Assembly: GCA_963716395.1 (NCBI GenBank)
Contig: OY970309.1
Location: 911,989 to 975,988 of the forward strand
Direction: 5' to 3'
Length of the DNA: 64,000 bases
Source of the DNA: an uncultured Fibrobacteria bacterium
GTDB taxonomy: Bacteria; Fibrobacterota; Fibrobacteria; UBA11236
The translations under genes and the position numbers were made by a program. The stretch's first letter is position 1. Each line of letters begins with the position of its first letter. Positions 18,840 through 30,763 of the stretch are shown here, piece after piece. The notes below the pieces were generated by a model. It saw only the letters and a program-made list of their open reading frames with translations, was not told the origin of the DNA and searched no databases.

Positions 18840-19892
18840 TTGGGCACCATGAAACTCAACCATCGGACTTTCGCCTCTTTCCTGCGGTCGACCGGCCGGA
18901 AAAAACGCGCGGTTTTGGCCCTGCTCCTGACCGTCGGGCCCGCCGCAGCCGGAAGCGTTCGCCTGCTGAACGTCTCGTACGACCCCACCGCCGAGTTGTA
19001 CCAGGATTACAACTCCGTGTTCGCCAAGCATTGGCAAGACTCGACCGGCCAGAACGTGATCATCGCCCAATCCCACGGCGGCTCGGGCAAACAGGCACGC
19101 GCCGTCATCGACGGACTCGACGCCGACGTCGTCACCTTGGCGTTGGCCTATGACATCGACGCCATCGCCGACAAAGCGCAGCTTCTCCCCAAAAACTGGC
19201 AAAGCCTGCTCCCGGACCACAGCGCACCGTACACCTCGACCATCGTGTTCTTGGTGCGCAAGGGCAATCCCAAACACATCCGCAACTGGGACGATCTTGT
19301 GAAACCAGGCGTGTCGGTGATCACGCCCAATCCCAAAACCTCAGGCGGCGCACGCTGGGCCTATTTGGCGGCTTGGGGGTATGCCCTACGCCAAAACCAC
19401 AACGATTCCGCCCGGGCGCGGGCATTCGTGGCCAAACTGTATCACAACGTGCCGGTGCTCGACGCCGGCGCGCGCGGATCGACCACCACCTTTGTGCAAC
19501 GCGGCCTCGGCGACGTGTTGTTGTCCTGGGAAAACGAAGCGTTGCTGGCGGTGCATAAGCTGGGGCCGGATCGGGTAGACGTGGTGGTTCCGCCCATCAG
19601 CATTCTGGCCGAACCGCCCGTCGCCGTGGTGCAGCGCGTGGCCGAAAAACACGGTACCTTGCCCATGGCGCACGCCTATCTGGCCTATTTGTATTCCGAC
19701 GCGGGGCAGGAAGTCGCGGCCCGCAACTTCTATCGCCCGCGCAATTTGGCCGTCGCCGCCAAATACGCCGCGCAATTCCCGCCGCTCAAGCTGTTCACCA
19801 TCGACTCCGTATTCGGCGGGTGGCCCAAGGCCCAGAAAACCCATTTCGCCGACGGCGGCGTCTTTGATCAAATCGAAAAGGAAAGTCGATAA
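18840..19892 (+). CDS. sbp: Sulfate/thiosulfate ABC transporter substrate-binding protein
   Basis: 350 aa with signal peptide; the conserved ...[30 protein letters not shown]... motif of the Sbp/CysP family. Confidence 0.9.
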   Translation: MGTMKLNHRTFASFLRSTGRKKRAVLALLLTVGPAAAGSVRLLNVSYDPTAELYQDYNSVFAKHWQDSTGQNVIIAQSHGGSGKQARAVIDGLDADVVTLALAYDIDAIADKAQLLPKNWQSLLPDHSAPYTSTIVFLVRKGNPKHIRNWDDLVKPGVSVITPNPKTSGGARWAYLAAWGYALRQNHNDSARARAFVAKLYHNVPVLDAGARGSTTTFVQRGLGDVLLSWENEALLAVHKLGPDRVDVVVPPISILAEPPVAVVQRVAEKHGTLPMAHAYLAYLYSDAGQEVAARNFYRPRNLAVAAKYAAQFPPLKLFTIDSVFGGWPKAQKTHFADGGVFDQIEKESR

Positions 19893-20769
19893 CATGGGCG
19901 CGACGACGGCTGCGGCAACCTCGGAGGATGAAATTGTTTCGAGACGTAAGTCACATTCGATTCTTCCCGGTTTCGGCCTGACCTTGGGATTCACCGTGCT
20001 GTATCTGAGTCTCATCGTATTGATTCCGCTGGCGGCCGCCTTTTTCCAGGCCGCGCATTTGACCTGGCCGCAATTCCGCGCTCTGTTCACGGATCGCGAA
20101 GTGCTGGCTGCCTTCCGTCTCACCTTCTCCGCGGCGGCCATAGCCGCTTTGGTCAACACCGTGTTCGGGTTGCTTACGGCCTGGGTGCTGGTGCGCTACC
20201 GCTTTCCCGGTCGGGCCCTGCTCGACGCCATGGTCGATCTTCCCTTCGCCTTGCCCACGGCCGTGGCCGGCATTGCGCTCACCGAGATCTATGCGCCCAC
20301 GGGCTGGATCGGCGCCCTGCTGGTGCGCTTTGGCGTGCAGGTGGCGTACACGCCTTTGGGCGTGGGCGTGGCCCTGACCTTTGTCGGCCTTCCCTTTGTC
20401 GTGCGCACCTTGCAGCCCGTGCTCGAAGATCTCGATCGCGAAACTGAAGAGGCCGCGGCTTCGCTCGGGGCCGACCGCCGGCAGACCTTCGTCCACGTCA
20501 TCCTTCCGGCCCTGCTGCCGTCGCTGTTTACGGGCGCGTCGCTGGCCTTCGCCCGCGTGCTCGGCGAATACGGCTCGGTGATTTTCATTTCCGGCAACAT
20601 GCCGATGAAAACCGAAATCGTGCCGCTGCTCATCGTCAACGAACTCGGCCAGTTCAATTACCCCGCGGCCACCGCCCTCGCCGCGGCCATGCTGGTGCTG
20701 TCCTTCGCGCTGCTTCTGGGCATCAACCTGCTGCAAAAATGGGTGGGCGGTCGGGAGCCGGTGCGATGA
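19864..20769 (+). CDS. cysT: Sulfate ABC transporter permease CysT
   Basis: 301 aa, multi-TM. An EAA-like loop and family similarity (…[20 protein letters not shown]…). Confidence 0.85.
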   Translation: MIKSKRKVDNMGATTAAATSEDEIVSRRKSHSILPGFGLTLGFTVLYLSLIVLIPLAAAFFQAAHLTWPQFRALFTDREVLAAFRLTFSAAAIAALVNTVFGLLTAWVLVRYRFPGRALLDAMVDLPFALPTAVAGIALTEIYAPTGWIGALLVRFGVQVAYTPLGVGVALTFVGLPFVVRTLQPVLEDLDRETEEAAASLGADRRQTFVHVILPALLPSLFTGASLAFARVLGEYGSVIFISGNMPMKTEIVPLLIVNELGQFNYPAATALAAAMLVLSFALLLGINLLQKWVGGREPVR

Positions 20770-21656
20770 AACCGGCCAACCCCGCGGGCATTTCCCGCGC
20801 CGCCGTCACCGAACCGCGTTGGTTCCGGGCCGTATTGATTGCCGGTGCCGTCGGCTACTTGTTTTTCCTGCTGTTTCTTCCCCTGGCGGCGGTGTTCGCC
20901 AATGCCTTGGATCACGGACTCAAAGCGTATTTCCATGCCTTCGCCGATCCCGACACGATCTTTTCCATCCAACTCACCCTGTGCCTCGCCGCCATGGCCG
21001 TGCCGCTCAATCTCACCTTCGGAGTGGCCGCGGCCTGGGCCATCGCCAAATTCGAATTCCCCGGGAAAAAAATCCTGACCGCGCTCATCGATTTGCCCTT
21101 TGCCGTGTCGCCCGTGGTGGCGGGATTGGTTTACGTGCTCGTCTTCGGCCATCAAGGCTGGCTCGGCCCCTGGCTCGAAGCCCGCCACATCACCATCATT
21201 TTCGCCGTGCCCGGCATGGTGCTGGCGACCCTGTTCGTCACCTTTCCCATGGTGGCGCGCGAGTTGATTCCGCTCATGCAGGAACAGGGATCGCAGGAGG
21301 AAGAGGCGGCCCTGACCCTGGGCGCCAACGGTTGGCAAACCTTCTGGCACGTGACCTTGCCCAACATCAAATGGGGCGTGATTTACGGCGTCATTCTCTG
21401 CAACGCCCGCGCCATGGGGGAATTCGGGGCGGTGTCGGTGGTATCGGGCCATATCCGCGGCGCTACCACCACTCTGCCGCTGCAAATCGAAATTCTCTAC
21501 AACGATTTCAACTATACCCAGGCCTTTGCGGCCGCCTCGCTCCTCTGCTTTCTGGGGCTGGTGACCTTGGCGATCAAAACCTGGGTGGAACGGAAAGGCC
21601 GAAAAGCCGCCGCCGCCTCCGCGGCCGCGGGCGTCGAAACCGGAGGTTCGGCATGA
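20766..21656 (+). CDS. cysW: Sulfate ABC transporter permease CysW
   Basis: ATG at ~20766 overlaps the cysT stop; TM permease with [21 protein letters not shown]. The ORF-track start at 20739 is an extension. Confidence 0.85.
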   Translation: MKPANPAGISRAAVTEPRWFRAVLIAGAVGYLFFLLFLPLAAVFANALDHGLKAYFHAFADPDTIFSIQLTLCLAAMAVPLNLTFGVAAAWAIAKFEFPGKKILTALIDLPFAVSPVVAGLVYVLVFGHQGWLGPWLEARHITIIFAVPGMVLATLFVTFPMVARELIPLMQEQGSQEEEAALTLGANGWQTFWHVTLPNIKWGVIYGVILCNARAMGEFGAVSVVSGHIRGATTTLPLQIEILYNDFNYTQAFAAASLLCFLGLVTLAIKTWVERKGRKAAAASAAAGVETGGSA

Positions 21657-22144
21657 AGGCGCTTCTACAACCCTGGCCCTGGTATGTAAGCGGGCCGCTG
21701 ATCGGACTCGCCGTACCATTGCTGTTACTGCTCACGGGCAAGCCGCTCGGCATTTCCAGCAACCTGCGTCATCTCGTTTGCCTGGCCCTGCCCAAAACCA
21801 AAATCGCTTTTTTCGCGCACAACCGCTGGCGCGCCGAATTCTGGAACGTATTGTTCGCGCTGGGCCTTATGCTGGGCGGATTTGCCGCGGCCCATTTCTT
21901 ATCGGCCGCGCCGGCCCCTTTGTTTCCCGCCTCGTACCACAGCCTGCGCGGCGCCGTGATTCTTTTGGCCGGAGGCTTTCTCGTGGGATTCGGCACGCGC
22001 TACGGCAACGGCTGCACCTCGGGCCATGCCATCACCGGGCTTTCCAATTTATCCATCACCAGCTTGTACGCCACGCTGTCGTTTTTCGGCGGCGGCCTGA
22101 CCGCCGCCGGCGCGCTCAAGCTATGGCAACACTTTCTTCCTTGA
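21653..22144 (+). CDS. YeeE/YedE-family (DUF395) sulfur-transporter half-protein, part 1
   Basis: ~163 aa; ATG overlaps the cysW stop. Contains the family [12 protein letters not shown] motif. The long ORF-track entry 20819..22144 is mostly an out-of-frame shadow of cysW. Confidence 0.7.
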   Translation: MKALLQPWPWYVSGPLIGLAVPLLLLLTGKPLGISSNLRHLVCLALPKTKIAFFAHNRWRAEFWNVLFALGLMLGGFAAAHFLSAAPAPLFPASYHSLRGAVILLAGGFLVGFGTRYGNGCTSGHAITGLSNLSITSLYATLSFFGGGLTAAGALKLWQHFLP

Positions 22145-22151
22145 GGCCGAC

Positions 22152-22652
22152 ATGAACTCCGCAGCCCAATACAAGCCTTCGGAAAAAAACGCCCCGCTTC
22201 CGCCGCCCAATTCCGTCGCGGCCGATCGCGTCGGCAGACCGCGGCAACTTTTCTTCGGTCTGTTGATGGGCGTTTACTTCGGTATCGTCCTGACCAAGAG
22301 TCAGGTCATTTCCTGGTTCAAAATCCGGAACATGTTTTATTTCCGCGAGCCGGATCTGTATCTCATCATCGGGTCGGCCGTGGCCGTGGGCGCGCTGTCG
22401 GTATTTTTGCTCAGGCGCTTCGGCGCCAAAAACCTCGCGGGTGAACCCATCGATCTTCCGAAAAAACCTTATTCCCAAGGTCTGTTTTTCGGGGGCGCAA
22501 TTTTCGGAATCGGCTGGTTTGTCACCGGCACCTGCCCCGGCCCGATTTTCACCCAAATCGGCAGCGGGGAATATTTCGCGTTTTTCACCTTGGCTGGCGC
22601 CTTGCTCGGCACCTATGGATACGGGGCGATGCAGAAACGCCTGCCGCATTGA
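22152..22652 (+). CDS. YeeE/YedE-family (DUF395) sulfur-transporter half-protein, part 2
   Basis: 166 aa; GWFVTGTCPGP motif. It starts 8 nt after part 1. Confidence 0.7.
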   Translation: MNSAAQYKPSEKNAPLPPPNSVAADRVGRPRQLFFGLLMGVYFGIVLTKSQVISWFKIRNMFYFREPDLYLIIGSAVAVGALSVFLLRRFGAKNLAGEPIDLPKKPYSQGLFFGGAIFGIGWFVTGTCPGPIFTQIGSGEYFAFFTLAGALLGTYGYGAMQKRLPH

Positions 22653-22698
22653 CGCATTTTGTATTCATAAAACATCACGATCCCAAAAGGAGGAAACC

Positions 22699-23334
22699 AT
22701 GTCACTGCAACTCGGATCCGCCGCCCCGGATTTCACCCAGGAATCCAGCCAGGGGCCGATACATTTCTACGACTACATCGACGGGCATTGGGCTCTGCTG
22801 TTCTCGCATCCCGCTGATTTCACGCCCGTCTGCACCACGGAATTGGGTGTAACCGCCAAGCTCAAAGACGAGTTCAAAAAGCGCGGCGTCAAGGTGCTGG
22901 CGCTGTCGGTCGATTCGGTCGAATCGCATCGGGGATGGATTCCCGACATCGACGAAACCCAGCACACGCACGTCGATTTTCCCATTCTGGCCGACGGCGA
23001 CAAGAAGGTGGCGACCTTGTACGATATGTTCCACCCTCTGGCCAACGACAAGTTCACGGTGCGTTCGGTGTTCTTCATCGACCCGAACAAGAAAATCCGT
23101 GCCACCATCACCTACCCGGCTTCAACCGGCCGCAATTTCGACGAAATCCTGCGCGTGATCGATTCGTTGCAGCTCACCGACAACTACAAAGTCGCGACGC
23201 CGGTGAACTGGAAAAAGGGCGAAGACGTGGTCATTTCCCCGGCCCTGCAGGACCCCGAAGATTTGAAAAAGCGGTTTCCCAAGGGCTACAAGGTGATCAA
23301 ACCGTATTTGCGCACGACCCCGCAGCCGGGCTAG
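22699..23334 (+). CDS. 1-Cys peroxiredoxin (Prx6-like)
   Basis: 211 aa from an ATG preceded by an AAGGAGG Shine-Dalgarno. Peroxidatic Cys in HPADFTPVCTTE; C-terminus as in the Prx6 family. Confidence 0.9.
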   Translation: MSLQLGSAAPDFTQESSQGPIHFYDYIDGHWALLFSHPADFTPVCTTELGVTAKLKDEFKKRGVKVLALSVDSVESHRGWIPDIDETQHTHVDFPILADGDKKVATLYDMFHPLANDKFTVRSVFFIDPNKKIRATITYPASTGRNFDEILRVIDSLQLTDNYKVATPVNWKKGEDVVISPALQDPEDLKKRFPKGYKVIKPYLRTTPQPG

Positions 23335-23360
23335 TAACGCGCGCGTGACCCTGCCTTCCG

Positions 23361-24200
23361 TCACAAAAGCCCCGCGGTGTCCGCGGGGCTTTTATTTTCG
23401 GCCGATTGCAGACGGCGAGCAAGGAACGTCGCCAGGCTTTCCAAGGCACGGTATGCGCCGCGGCGCGAGACCACGGGGTTCAAAGCGCGCAGGCCCAGAC
23501 GCAAAAAGGGCGGCGAGGCGCGCAGGCAAAAATGCACGGAAACCAACTCTCCGCCGAATTGCTCTTTGAAAAAATTGATGGCCGCATCCTTGCTCCCGGC
23601 CCGGGCGCCGGGCACGTACCCGCCGAGGTCGAAGCGCCCGCATCCCAGCACCTGGGCGCGACGCATGGCCGCAAAAAGCAAAGCCGCGTTGGCCTGGCTT
23701 TTGGCGACGGCCACACTATAGCGGTAACGGTACAGACCCGCTTGGGGAAAAGGCAGAAAGGCGCAGCCATGCAGTAACTTGCCGGTTGCGTCGCGCGCGA
23801 GAAACACCTCCAGCACCTGCTGTTCGTCGGGGCCGGGAATGGAGAGGCCCGTGCCGCGGGCAAAATCCCGCTGGGCGTCGAAAAAGACGCGGCGCTCGCC
23901 TGCGTTGATGGCCTGCGTCAGCACGCAATGCCTTTCCGCATGCCGGATCGAGGCGCGCGTGCGCGGGGAAAAACGCGCGATCCAATCGTCTGCGTGGCCG
24001 GAAAGCGGCACCATCCAGGTGGCCTCGGGCACGCGGCAGTCATAACGCGCCGGAGGCTCCAACGCGCGCAGGGCCACCACCGGCGCCGGCGACGCCGCAT
24101 ATCCCGGTGCGTTGAACCAGAATTCTTCGCAGCGGATTCCGAACCAGTTCCGTTCCAGCTTCATCGTTTGGCTATAATCCCGGAATGCCTTCGACATCAT
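23361..24200 (-). CDS. FemAB/GNAT-fold acyltransferase-like protein
   Basis: Probable start at MMSKAFRDYSQTMKLERNWF... (~24200). The pattern resembles BioF2/FemAB-like peptidyl- or acyl-transferases. The longer ORF-track N-terminus is an Arg-rich extension. Confidence 0.45.
   Translation of the reverse strand: MMSKAFRDYSQTMKLERNWFGIRCEEFWFNAPGYAASPAPVVALRALEPPARYDCRVPEATWMVPLSGHADDWIARFSPRTRASIRHAERHCVLTQAINAGERRVFFDAQRDFARGTGLSIPGPDEQQVLEVFLARDATGKLLHGCAFLPFPQAGLYRYRYSVAVAKSQANAALLFAAMRRAQVLGCGRFDLGGYVPGARAGSKDAAINFFKEQFGGELVSVHFCLRASPPFLRLGLRALNPVVSRRGAYRALESLATFLARRLQSAENKSPADTAGLL
23366..23399. terminator. Rho-independent terminator after the peroxiredoxin gene
   Basis: GCCCCGCGG-tgt-CCGCGGGGC stem followed by a TTTTATTTT run. 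Confidence 0.7.
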
Positions 24201-24215
24201 ACCGATTCCAACGCG

Positions 24216-25890
24216 ATGCGGCCATTGCCCCCTGAATCCCAGCATCGGACCGCGGCGGGCCTGACGCGCCGTTCGCGATGGGAGTGGGCGGCTTTGCTGC
24301 TGCCGTTGCTTGCGTCCGCGCATTTTCTGCGGCTGCGCACGCAGGCCGCCGGCTTCCCCAGCGGTGACGAAGGCTCGTGGATGGCCGTGGCCGCGCAAGT
24401 CGCGCAGGGCCACGGATTCACCACGCTGTGGCTCGAACACCATTGGCTGCGGCCGTATGCTTTGCCGCGTCCCGACGACTTTCGCTTTCCCGGCTTGACC
24501 TTACTTTTGGCCGCGGCCTTCCGCTTGTTTGGCACTTCTTACACCTGCGCCCTGGCAGTGACCTCGGCGATCTTTCTTCTGTTCGTGGCAGCCGTGTTCG
24601 CGGTGTTGCGCCGTCCCCTGGGCTTTTGGCCGGCTTTCGCCGCGGCCCTGCTCACCGCTTGTTCGCCTTTGCAATTGCATTGGAATGCGGGGATTTACAC
24701 CGAAGGCCTGTTTGGACTGGGGTTGGCCTTGTTCCTGCGCGCCGCCGACGGCGGCCCGGAGCAAAGGCGCCATTTATCCTGGTGGATGGCGCTGGGGGGA
24801 GCGACGGGCCTGCTCTATCTCGTGCGGCCCAACGGACTGTTGCTTTTCGCCGGCGTGCTGTGGCAATTCGCCCGCGATCGAAAAGCCATGCGGCTGGGCT
24901 GGAACCGCTTGGGGGCGGCGGGTGTGACCTGTCTGGCGGTGGCTTCACCCTGGCTGATCCGCACCGCGGTTTGGTTCGGCAACCCCTTCCACGTCGCGGG
25001 TTCGGCGGGATTGCTGCGCGATCAGGCCGATCAACCGCATACGCTGAACCTGGTCCAATATCTCGCCGGCCATGCCGCCGACTTTCTCGTGGTGCGCACC
25101 GGAGTCGGAGTCTACCGCTTTTTCCGCGTCCTGCATTTTTTCGACCATGGCCTGGAAATCGTGCCGCTCCTCGGCCTGTTCCTCGGTCTAATTCTGGGCC
25201 TGGCCCTTCCGGCCCTGCGCCGCCGCATCGTCCCCTCCGCCGTGGCCGCCGGGTTCGCCGTGTCGTTCGCGGCCTGCGCCTATGCGGCCTGGGGATCCTG
25301 GGCCGGCGTGCGGTATTTCAGCGGTTACCTCCCCTTCGTCTACGGTTGGGGCGTGTTCTACGCTTTGCGTTTCGTCGACCTTCTAACACGCGAGCGCGCC
25401 GCGGCGTTTTGGCTGCGCGCCGCCTGCGTCGCCGCCTTGCTGCTGCCCGTCGTCAATCCGCATCGCTTCTACGAACGCCATTACCGCGGAATGCCGGGCG
25501 CGGCCCCGGCCGTCGCGGCGCATCTGGCCGCTTTACGTCGCCTGCTGCCGCCGCAGGGTCTGTACTACGCCAAAAGCCTATGTCAAATGAACTTTGCCGC
25601 CAACCGTCGCTGCGTGGGCCTGCAGGAGTTGTATGACACCGCGTGGTTCGCCCGCAGCGAACGGGTATTTCACCCGCGCCTCATCGCCTTGCGCCGGGGT
25701 GAAGACGGCACGGCCGATGTGCGCACGGCCCTCGGCCGCTATCGCGCCGCAGGTTTTTCCTGGGACACGGCGGCGGCGCTCGATTCCACTTTTTATTTGC
25801 GCTTGATCCCCCGATCCACCCGCCGTCTGCAGCGACGTACCCCTGAAAACGCCGGTCGCGCGGTCATCGCTTTGGGGCGCCGACGGCAGG
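24216..25890 (+). CDS. Polytopic membrane glycosyltransferase (GT39/ArnT/PMT-like)
   Basis: Start MRPLPPESQ... at ~24216, then more than ten hydrophobic segments (LLLPLLASAHFL, LLLAAAFRLFG, AIFLLFVAAVFAV...). The C-terminal boundary is uncertain because the frame stays open to 27287 across treY. Confidence 0.5.
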
Positions 25891-25895
25891 TTCCG

Positions 25896-28844
25896 CTAGT
25901 CCCGGCAGCCGATCAGCCAGGCGATGGGAAAGTCTTGTGTGACGGCCTGCATATCCAAACCCCTTCCCCCAACCCCGCTCTGGACTTCGAACACCGTCCC
26001 GGTGAAAAGGTTGCTCCAGCGCGGGGGCGACAGGGAAGGCGGAAGCAGGATCCGGTCGGATTCCGGATCCCCGGTGGGGAGCCAGTGGGGATAGGGTTCG
26101 CCCTGAGAGGGACCCAAGACCCGCGTCACGGCGATGAGGAACTCTTCGCCGCGAGCGCGGCCGAAGGCCAGCCACGGCGCCTTGGCCACGCCAGCCGAGG
26201 TCAAGGGAAGGTACGCGCCGCGCAGGAACAAATCCGGAAACCGCTGACGCCAGCGCAAGCAACGGGCCAAGGCATAGAACTTGACGGCTCCGCTCGGCCA
26301 TTGGGAGAGCAGTGCCAGCGTTTTTTCGCGGCGATCCGAAATCGGGTCCTCCGGCTGCAGCAGGGCTTCCAGCGAAGACCCGCGAGCCCGCCGGGCCTCG
26401 AAGTCGACCGGCCGGCGGTTATCCGGGTCGACGAGGGACAAATCCCAATTCTCCGTGCCTTGATAGATATCGGGAACTCCCGGCAGGGCGCATTTGATCG
26501 CCACCTGGCCCAGCGATCGCAGTACTCCCAGCCTCGCGACGGTACTCACAAACGGAAAAAACGCGGCGGTGAAGCGCTCTCTTCCCCGTCCGAACAAGAG
26601 CCCTTCCAGATGTTGCCGCAGGGCATTTTCATACTCGGCGTTGGGATTGATCCAACTGGTATGCGTCTTGGCTTCGCGGGCGGCTTTGACCAGGAATGCG
26701 AGCACGCGCCCGGAAAAGTCCGCCTCGGGTTCCCGCGGCGCTCCCGACGCCTCCATGGGCCAGCAGCCCACCAGCGATTGCAGCAGGATGTATTCATCCT
26801 CTTTGGAAATGCGCACGGCGCTTTTCACCCGCGCCGGGAGCCAGGGCGAAAAGCGCGCGAGCCGGCTCACCATCCGTTTCCATTCATGCGGCATTTCCGC
26901 CACGACGTTCAGGCGCGCCCGGGCGTCTTCTCCGCGTTTGGTGTCATGGGTCGCCGAAGCGATCAGGCCGAAAGGAAAATGGCGTTGGCGGGAGAGGATC
27001 TGGGCGTGAAAGGCTCCCGCGTCCGGACCGGTGGAATCGGGATCTCCGCCGACTTCGTTCCGGGAAAGCAAGACGGCGCGGCGGTAGAAAGCTGTGTCTT
27101 CCACGCCTTTGGCCTGCACGGGCGAAGTCAATTGCTGGAATTTATTCGCGAAGGCGAGACGGGCCGCTTGGGGAATGGAGGCCCCCGGCGCATGCGCAGG
27201 CAACGGCTCGAACGGCAGGAGAACGGCGCGCAAAAAAGTGAAGATGGAATCGTCCATGGCGGGGTTGGCCTGGGCGGCCGACTGTAAAGCGCGATCGATG
27301 ACCTGCATGTCTTCCGGGGCATACCCGGCTTCGCTGCCGTAGGTTCGGTAACGGGGAAAGGCGGCGATCACCTCGCGCAAGGCGTCGCGCAGGGCCTCCA
27401 AGGTGAAGTCACGGCTGTTCCGGTCGGCCTCGGAGAGCCGATCCAATTGATTGGCCAAAACATTCAGATCGCTGGCCAGGGAGGTCGCCAGGATCAGGCG
27501 CTTGCAGCGGCGCACTTCTTCGGCGAAGGTTCCGTTCCACCCGGTGAAGCGGCGGTAAAAAGTCTCGAGCACCCGCACCCCTTTGGGGTTCACGAACAGG
27601 CCGTTGATATCATTCAGGTATTCATAGCCGGTGGTTCCCTGCACGGGCCAGTCTGCGCGCAGCGATTCGCCGTCGGTAAGGATTTTCTCGACCACCACAT
27701 AGGGCGGGGCGTCGGCCTGATCTTCCCCCACCGTGCCGGCCGAAATTTCCGGGACCGCCGCCGGCGAGGCCGCGGACAAGGCCGCGCGCAGCCAATGCAG
27801 GTATTCGGCGGGATGGTACAGGCCGTCGATATGATCGAGACGGACGCCGGTAATCCGGTGGGCGCGAAAAAGTTCGATCAGTTTCTCATGGGTCGCCGCG
27901 AATGCCTCCGGATTCTCCATACGCACCCCGAGCAGGCTATTGATGTCGAAGAAGCGGCGGTAATTGATTTCATGCCCGGCTGTCTTCCAAAAAGCCAGGC
28001 GATAGGTTTGCCTTTCGAGCAAATCGTGCAGCCGGTCAAAGCGGTCGTCGCCCTCTCCCCGCCCGTTGAAATCGGCGATGCGTTGCTCGACATAGGCGGC
28101 GACGGGCGGCGAGCGCTCCATCAACTCGGCCAGCCGCTTGCGCGCGACTTCTTTTTCCCGCTGGCGTTCGCGCACCAGAGCGGGGTCGGTCTCCAAATAG
28201 GTGGGCAGGTTGCGCAGCGAGGAGAGGATGCTCAAATACTCCATGCCCGCATCGCCGTCGGCATCAAAGGGCAGCCGGTCGATTTCACCGCCCAGACCCA
28301 TGCCCAGGACCAGGGGCACCATGCGCGGATTGATGGGAAAACGGTTTTCCCAATAGCACAGCACCAGGGCGCCCGCTTCGATGCTCAGCCGCAGTTCGCC
28401 CCGATTGAGGACGCGTCCATACTGGTCGCCCAGCACGGGCAGAAGAACCTTGCCTCTCAAGTCGGGTTTGATGGGCTCCCAATCGATGTCGAAAAAAGCG
28501 GCGAAGGGCGAAGACGGGCCGTTCTCAAGCACATCCCACCACCAGGGGTTGCTGGCGGGATCGGCGCCCATGTGATTGGGCACAAAATCGAGCAGGCATC
28601 CCAGGCCGTGGCTCCGCAGGGCTTGTGCCAGCCGTTCGAAGCCCGCTTCACCGCCCAGTTCCGGGTTTATGCGATGATGATCACAAATGTCATAGCCGTG
28701 CCGGCTGCCGGGTTTGGCCAGCAGAATGGGGCTCAAATACACCGCGCCGATCCCCAAATCGCGAAGGTACGCGATCAGGCCGTGCACGGCGTCGAAATCG
28801 AAGCCCTGATGAAGTTGCAGGCGATAGGTCGAATGGGGAATCAT
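25896..28844 (-). CDS. treY: Malto-oligosyltrehalose synthase
   Basis: 982 aa; [41 protein letters not shown]..., a GH13 TreY hallmark. Confidence 0.9.
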   Translation of the reverse strand: MIPHSTYRLQLHQGFDFDAVHGLIAYLRDLGIGAVYLSPILLAKPGSRHGYDICDHHRINPELGGEAGFERLAQALRSHGLGCLLDFVPNHMGADPASNPWWWDVLENGPSSPFAAFFDIDWEPIKPDLRGKVLLPVLGDQYGRVLNRGELRLSIEAGALVLCYWENRFPINPRMVPLVLGMGLGGEIDRLPFDADGDAGMEYLSILSSLRNLPTYLETDPALVRERQREKEVARKRLAELMERSPPVAAYVEQRIADFNGRGEGDDRFDRLHDLLERQTYRLAFWKTAGHEINYRRFFDINSLLGVRMENPEAFAATHEKLIELFRAHRITGVRLDHIDGLYHPAEYLHWLRAALSAASPAAVPEISAGTVGEDQADAPPYVVVEKILTDGESLRADWPVQGTTGYEYLNDINGLFVNPKGVRVLETFYRRFTGWNGTFAEEVRRCKRLILATSLASDLNVLANQLDRLSEADRNSRDFTLEALRDALREVIAAFPRYRTYGSEAGYAPEDMQVIDRALQSAAQANPAMDDSIFTFLRAVLLPFEPLPAHAPGASIPQAARLAFANKFQQLTSPVQAKGVEDTAFYRRAVLLSRNEVGGDPDSTGPDAGAFHAQILSRQRHFPFGLIASATHDTKRGEDARARLNVVAEMPHEWKRMVSRLARFSPWLPARVKSAVRISKEDEYILLQSLVGCWPMEASGAPREPEADFSGRVLAFLVKAAREAKTHTSWINPNAEYENALRQHLEGLLFGRGRERFTAAFFPFVSTVARLGVLRSLGQVAIKCALPGVPDIYQGTENWDLSLVDPDNRRPVDFEARRARGSSLEALLQPEDPISDRREKTLALLSQWPSGAVKFYALARCLRWRQRFPDLFLRGAYLPLTSAGVAKAPWLAFGRARGEEFLIAVTRVLGPSQGEPYPHWLPTGDPESDRILLPPSLSPPRWSNLFTGTVFEVQSGVGGRGLDMQAVTQDFPIAWLIGCRD

Positions 28845-30760
28845 GCTTCGGCGATCCAGGCGCCGCCGCGCGGAAAACTCAGGGTGGGGGCGCCCTCCGC
28901 CCCGCGGCCGACTTGAATGTCGCGGGGATTCGATTCAAAGGCCCTATCTTCCGACGTCAAAAGCGGCGTCCATTCCCGCTGTGCTGCGGGGGCCGGCGGA
29001 AGCTCAACGGCCATCCCCTGCGGGCTCAGGCAAATCACCGCCAGCAGATGCCGATTCCCGGCCGAGCGGATCAAGACCAGGCCCTCCGCTCCGCGGGGCC
29101 GCACGTGAAAATCCTTTTTATCCACCGAGTCCAGCGCGGGATGTGCGCCGCGAATTTGTAACAAGGCGCGATAAAATTCCAGCTGGCCGCGATGCGGGTC
29201 CTCGCCGCGTTCTTCCCATTGCAACCGGCTGCGCTGAAAAGTCGTTAGCGCTTGCGGATCGGGAATGGTGGCGCGGACTGCGGGATCTTGAAAGGCGGAA
29301 AACCCGGCGAATTCCTTGCGACGCCCGGCCGTCACCAGCGGGCCCAAGGCGGCGGAATGATCCGTAAAGAATTGAAACGGCGAAGAGCAGGCCCATTCTT
29401 GCCCCATGAAGAGCAAGGGCGTTTCCGGAGCCAGGAGCAACAGCGCCGAGGCCGCGCGGTAGAGATCGGGAGCGATTTGCTGATGCAGCCTTTCACCGAA
29501 GGCCCGGTTGCCGATTTGATCGTGGTTTTGAATGCAGATCAGAAAGCGGCTGTAATCCAGTGGGTCGGGATTGCTGCCCTCCGACAAAGATCCTTCGGTT
29601 CGGCTGCCGTCGCGAAACCAACCGCGCGCCAAGGTTCGCGCGATGTGTTCCGCCGTTCCGTCGAAGTGGGCATAATAACCCTCATGGTCGCCGGCCAGAT
29701 GACGGCGTAGGTGATGGTGAAAATCATCGGCCCAGACGCCGTCGAATCCCATGCCGACTTTTTCTATCGGTTGCGGAAAAGCGGCGGGATTGCGGTGATC
29801 TTCGGCATACAACAGCAACTCCCGCTCCGGCGCAGCTTGCCGGGCGGTTTGCCGAGCGGTTTGCGTCAGCTCGGCCAGAATATGCGGGTGCGACGCATCG
29901 AGAATGGCGTGGGTGGCGTCGAAGCGCAACCCATCAAAGCGGTATTCCCCCATCCATTGCCGCACATTGGACGCATAAAAATCGCGCACGGCCCGGCTAT
30001 CGATGCCGTCGAAATTCACGGCGGCTCCCCACGGGGTGGATTTTTCCGGGTTCAAATAATTTGAACTGTAGACTCCGGTGTAATTGCCGTCCGGCCCGAA
30101 ATGGTTGTAGACGACATCGAGAATCACGCCCAGCCCCCAGCCATGCGCCGCGTCGACGAGGCGGCACAAGGCTTCGGGCGTGCCGTAGCAACGCGCGGGC
30201 GCGAACAAAGCCACGCCGTCATATCCCCAATTGCGCTCGCCGGGAAAATCGGCCACGGGCATAAGTTCGATGAGGGTTACGCCGAGGCGCTTCAGGTCTT
30301 CCAGCCTCGCGGCCGCCGCAGCGAACGTTCCTTCCGGAGTGAAGGTGCCCAGATGCAATTCATACACGCTGCGGCGGGCCGGCACGGGAAGGCGGGGGCG
30401 CGGATGTTGCCAGGCGAAACCAGACAAGTCGACGGCTTGCGAAAGGCCGTGCACCCCCTCGGGCTGAAAGCGTGAAGCGGGATCAGGAAATGGCCCGCGG
30501 CCGTCCACGATGAAGCCGTAGGTTTCGCCGGGCCGCATCCCCGGAAGGTGCAGGTTCCAATAGCCTTCTGCGTCTTTTTGCAGGGGGTAACGCGCAGCCT
30601 CCGCGCCGCGCAGCAGTTCGACCGATGCGACAGCCGGCGCCCAGAGGGAGAAAACCGCGGTTTTGTTCCCGTCTCGACTTTCCCAATGGCAGCCGGGCCG
30701 GCGTGGCGTCATGCGCATTGCGGCCTCACGGATTTCGTTTCCATTCTTTGCCAATGCCAA
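28841..30760 (-). CDS. treZ: Malto-oligosyltrehalose trehalohydrolase
   Basis: GH13 catalytic motifs (GVILDVVYNHFGPDGNY, RFDATHAI). Overlaps the treY start. Confidence 0.9.
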   Translation of the reverse strand: MALAKNGNEIREAAMRMTPRRPGCHWESRDGNKTAVFSLWAPAVASVELLRGAEAARYPLQKDAEGYWNLHLPGMRPGETYGFIVDGRGPFPDPASRFQPEGVHGLSQAVDLSGFAWQHPRPRLPVPARRSVYELHLGTFTPEGTFAAAAARLEDLKRLGVTLIELMPVADFPGERNWGYDGVALFAPARCYGTPEALCRLVDAAHGWGLGVILDVVYNHFGPDGNYTGVYSSNYLNPEKSTPWGAAVNFDGIDSRAVRDFYASNVRQWMGEYRFDGLRFDATHAILDASHPHILAELTQTARQTARQAAPERELLLYAEDHRNPAAFPQPIEKVGMGFDGVWADDFHHHLRRHLAGDHEGYYAHFDGTAEHIARTLARGWFRDGSRTEGSLSEGSNPDPLDYSRFLICIQNHDQIGNRAFGERLHQQIAPDLYRAASALLLLAPETPLLFMGQEWACSSPFQFFTDHSAALGPLVTAGRRKEFAGFSAFQDPAVRATIPDPQALTTFQRSRLQWEERGEDPHRGQLEFYRALLQIRGAHPALDSVDKKDFHVRPRGAEGLVLIRSAGNRHLLAVICLSPQGMAVELPPAPAAQREWTPLLTSEDRAFESNPRDIQVGRGAEGAPTLSFPRGGAWIAEA

Positions 30761-30763
30761 GGT

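Noticed and set aside
20819-21652. N-terminal 278 aa of the ORF-track entry 20819..22144
   Set aside because: This is an out-of-frame shadow of cysW (Arg/Gly-rich). Only the last ~163 aa, from the ATG at 21653, form the YeeE/YedE-like gene.
23928-27287. 1119-aa plus-strand ORF
   Set aside because: Only the ~24216-25890 segment resembles a real (GT39-like) membrane protein. The remainder runs antisense through treY with an Arg/Pro-rich shadow translation. The upstream 96 codons are also Arg-rich junk.
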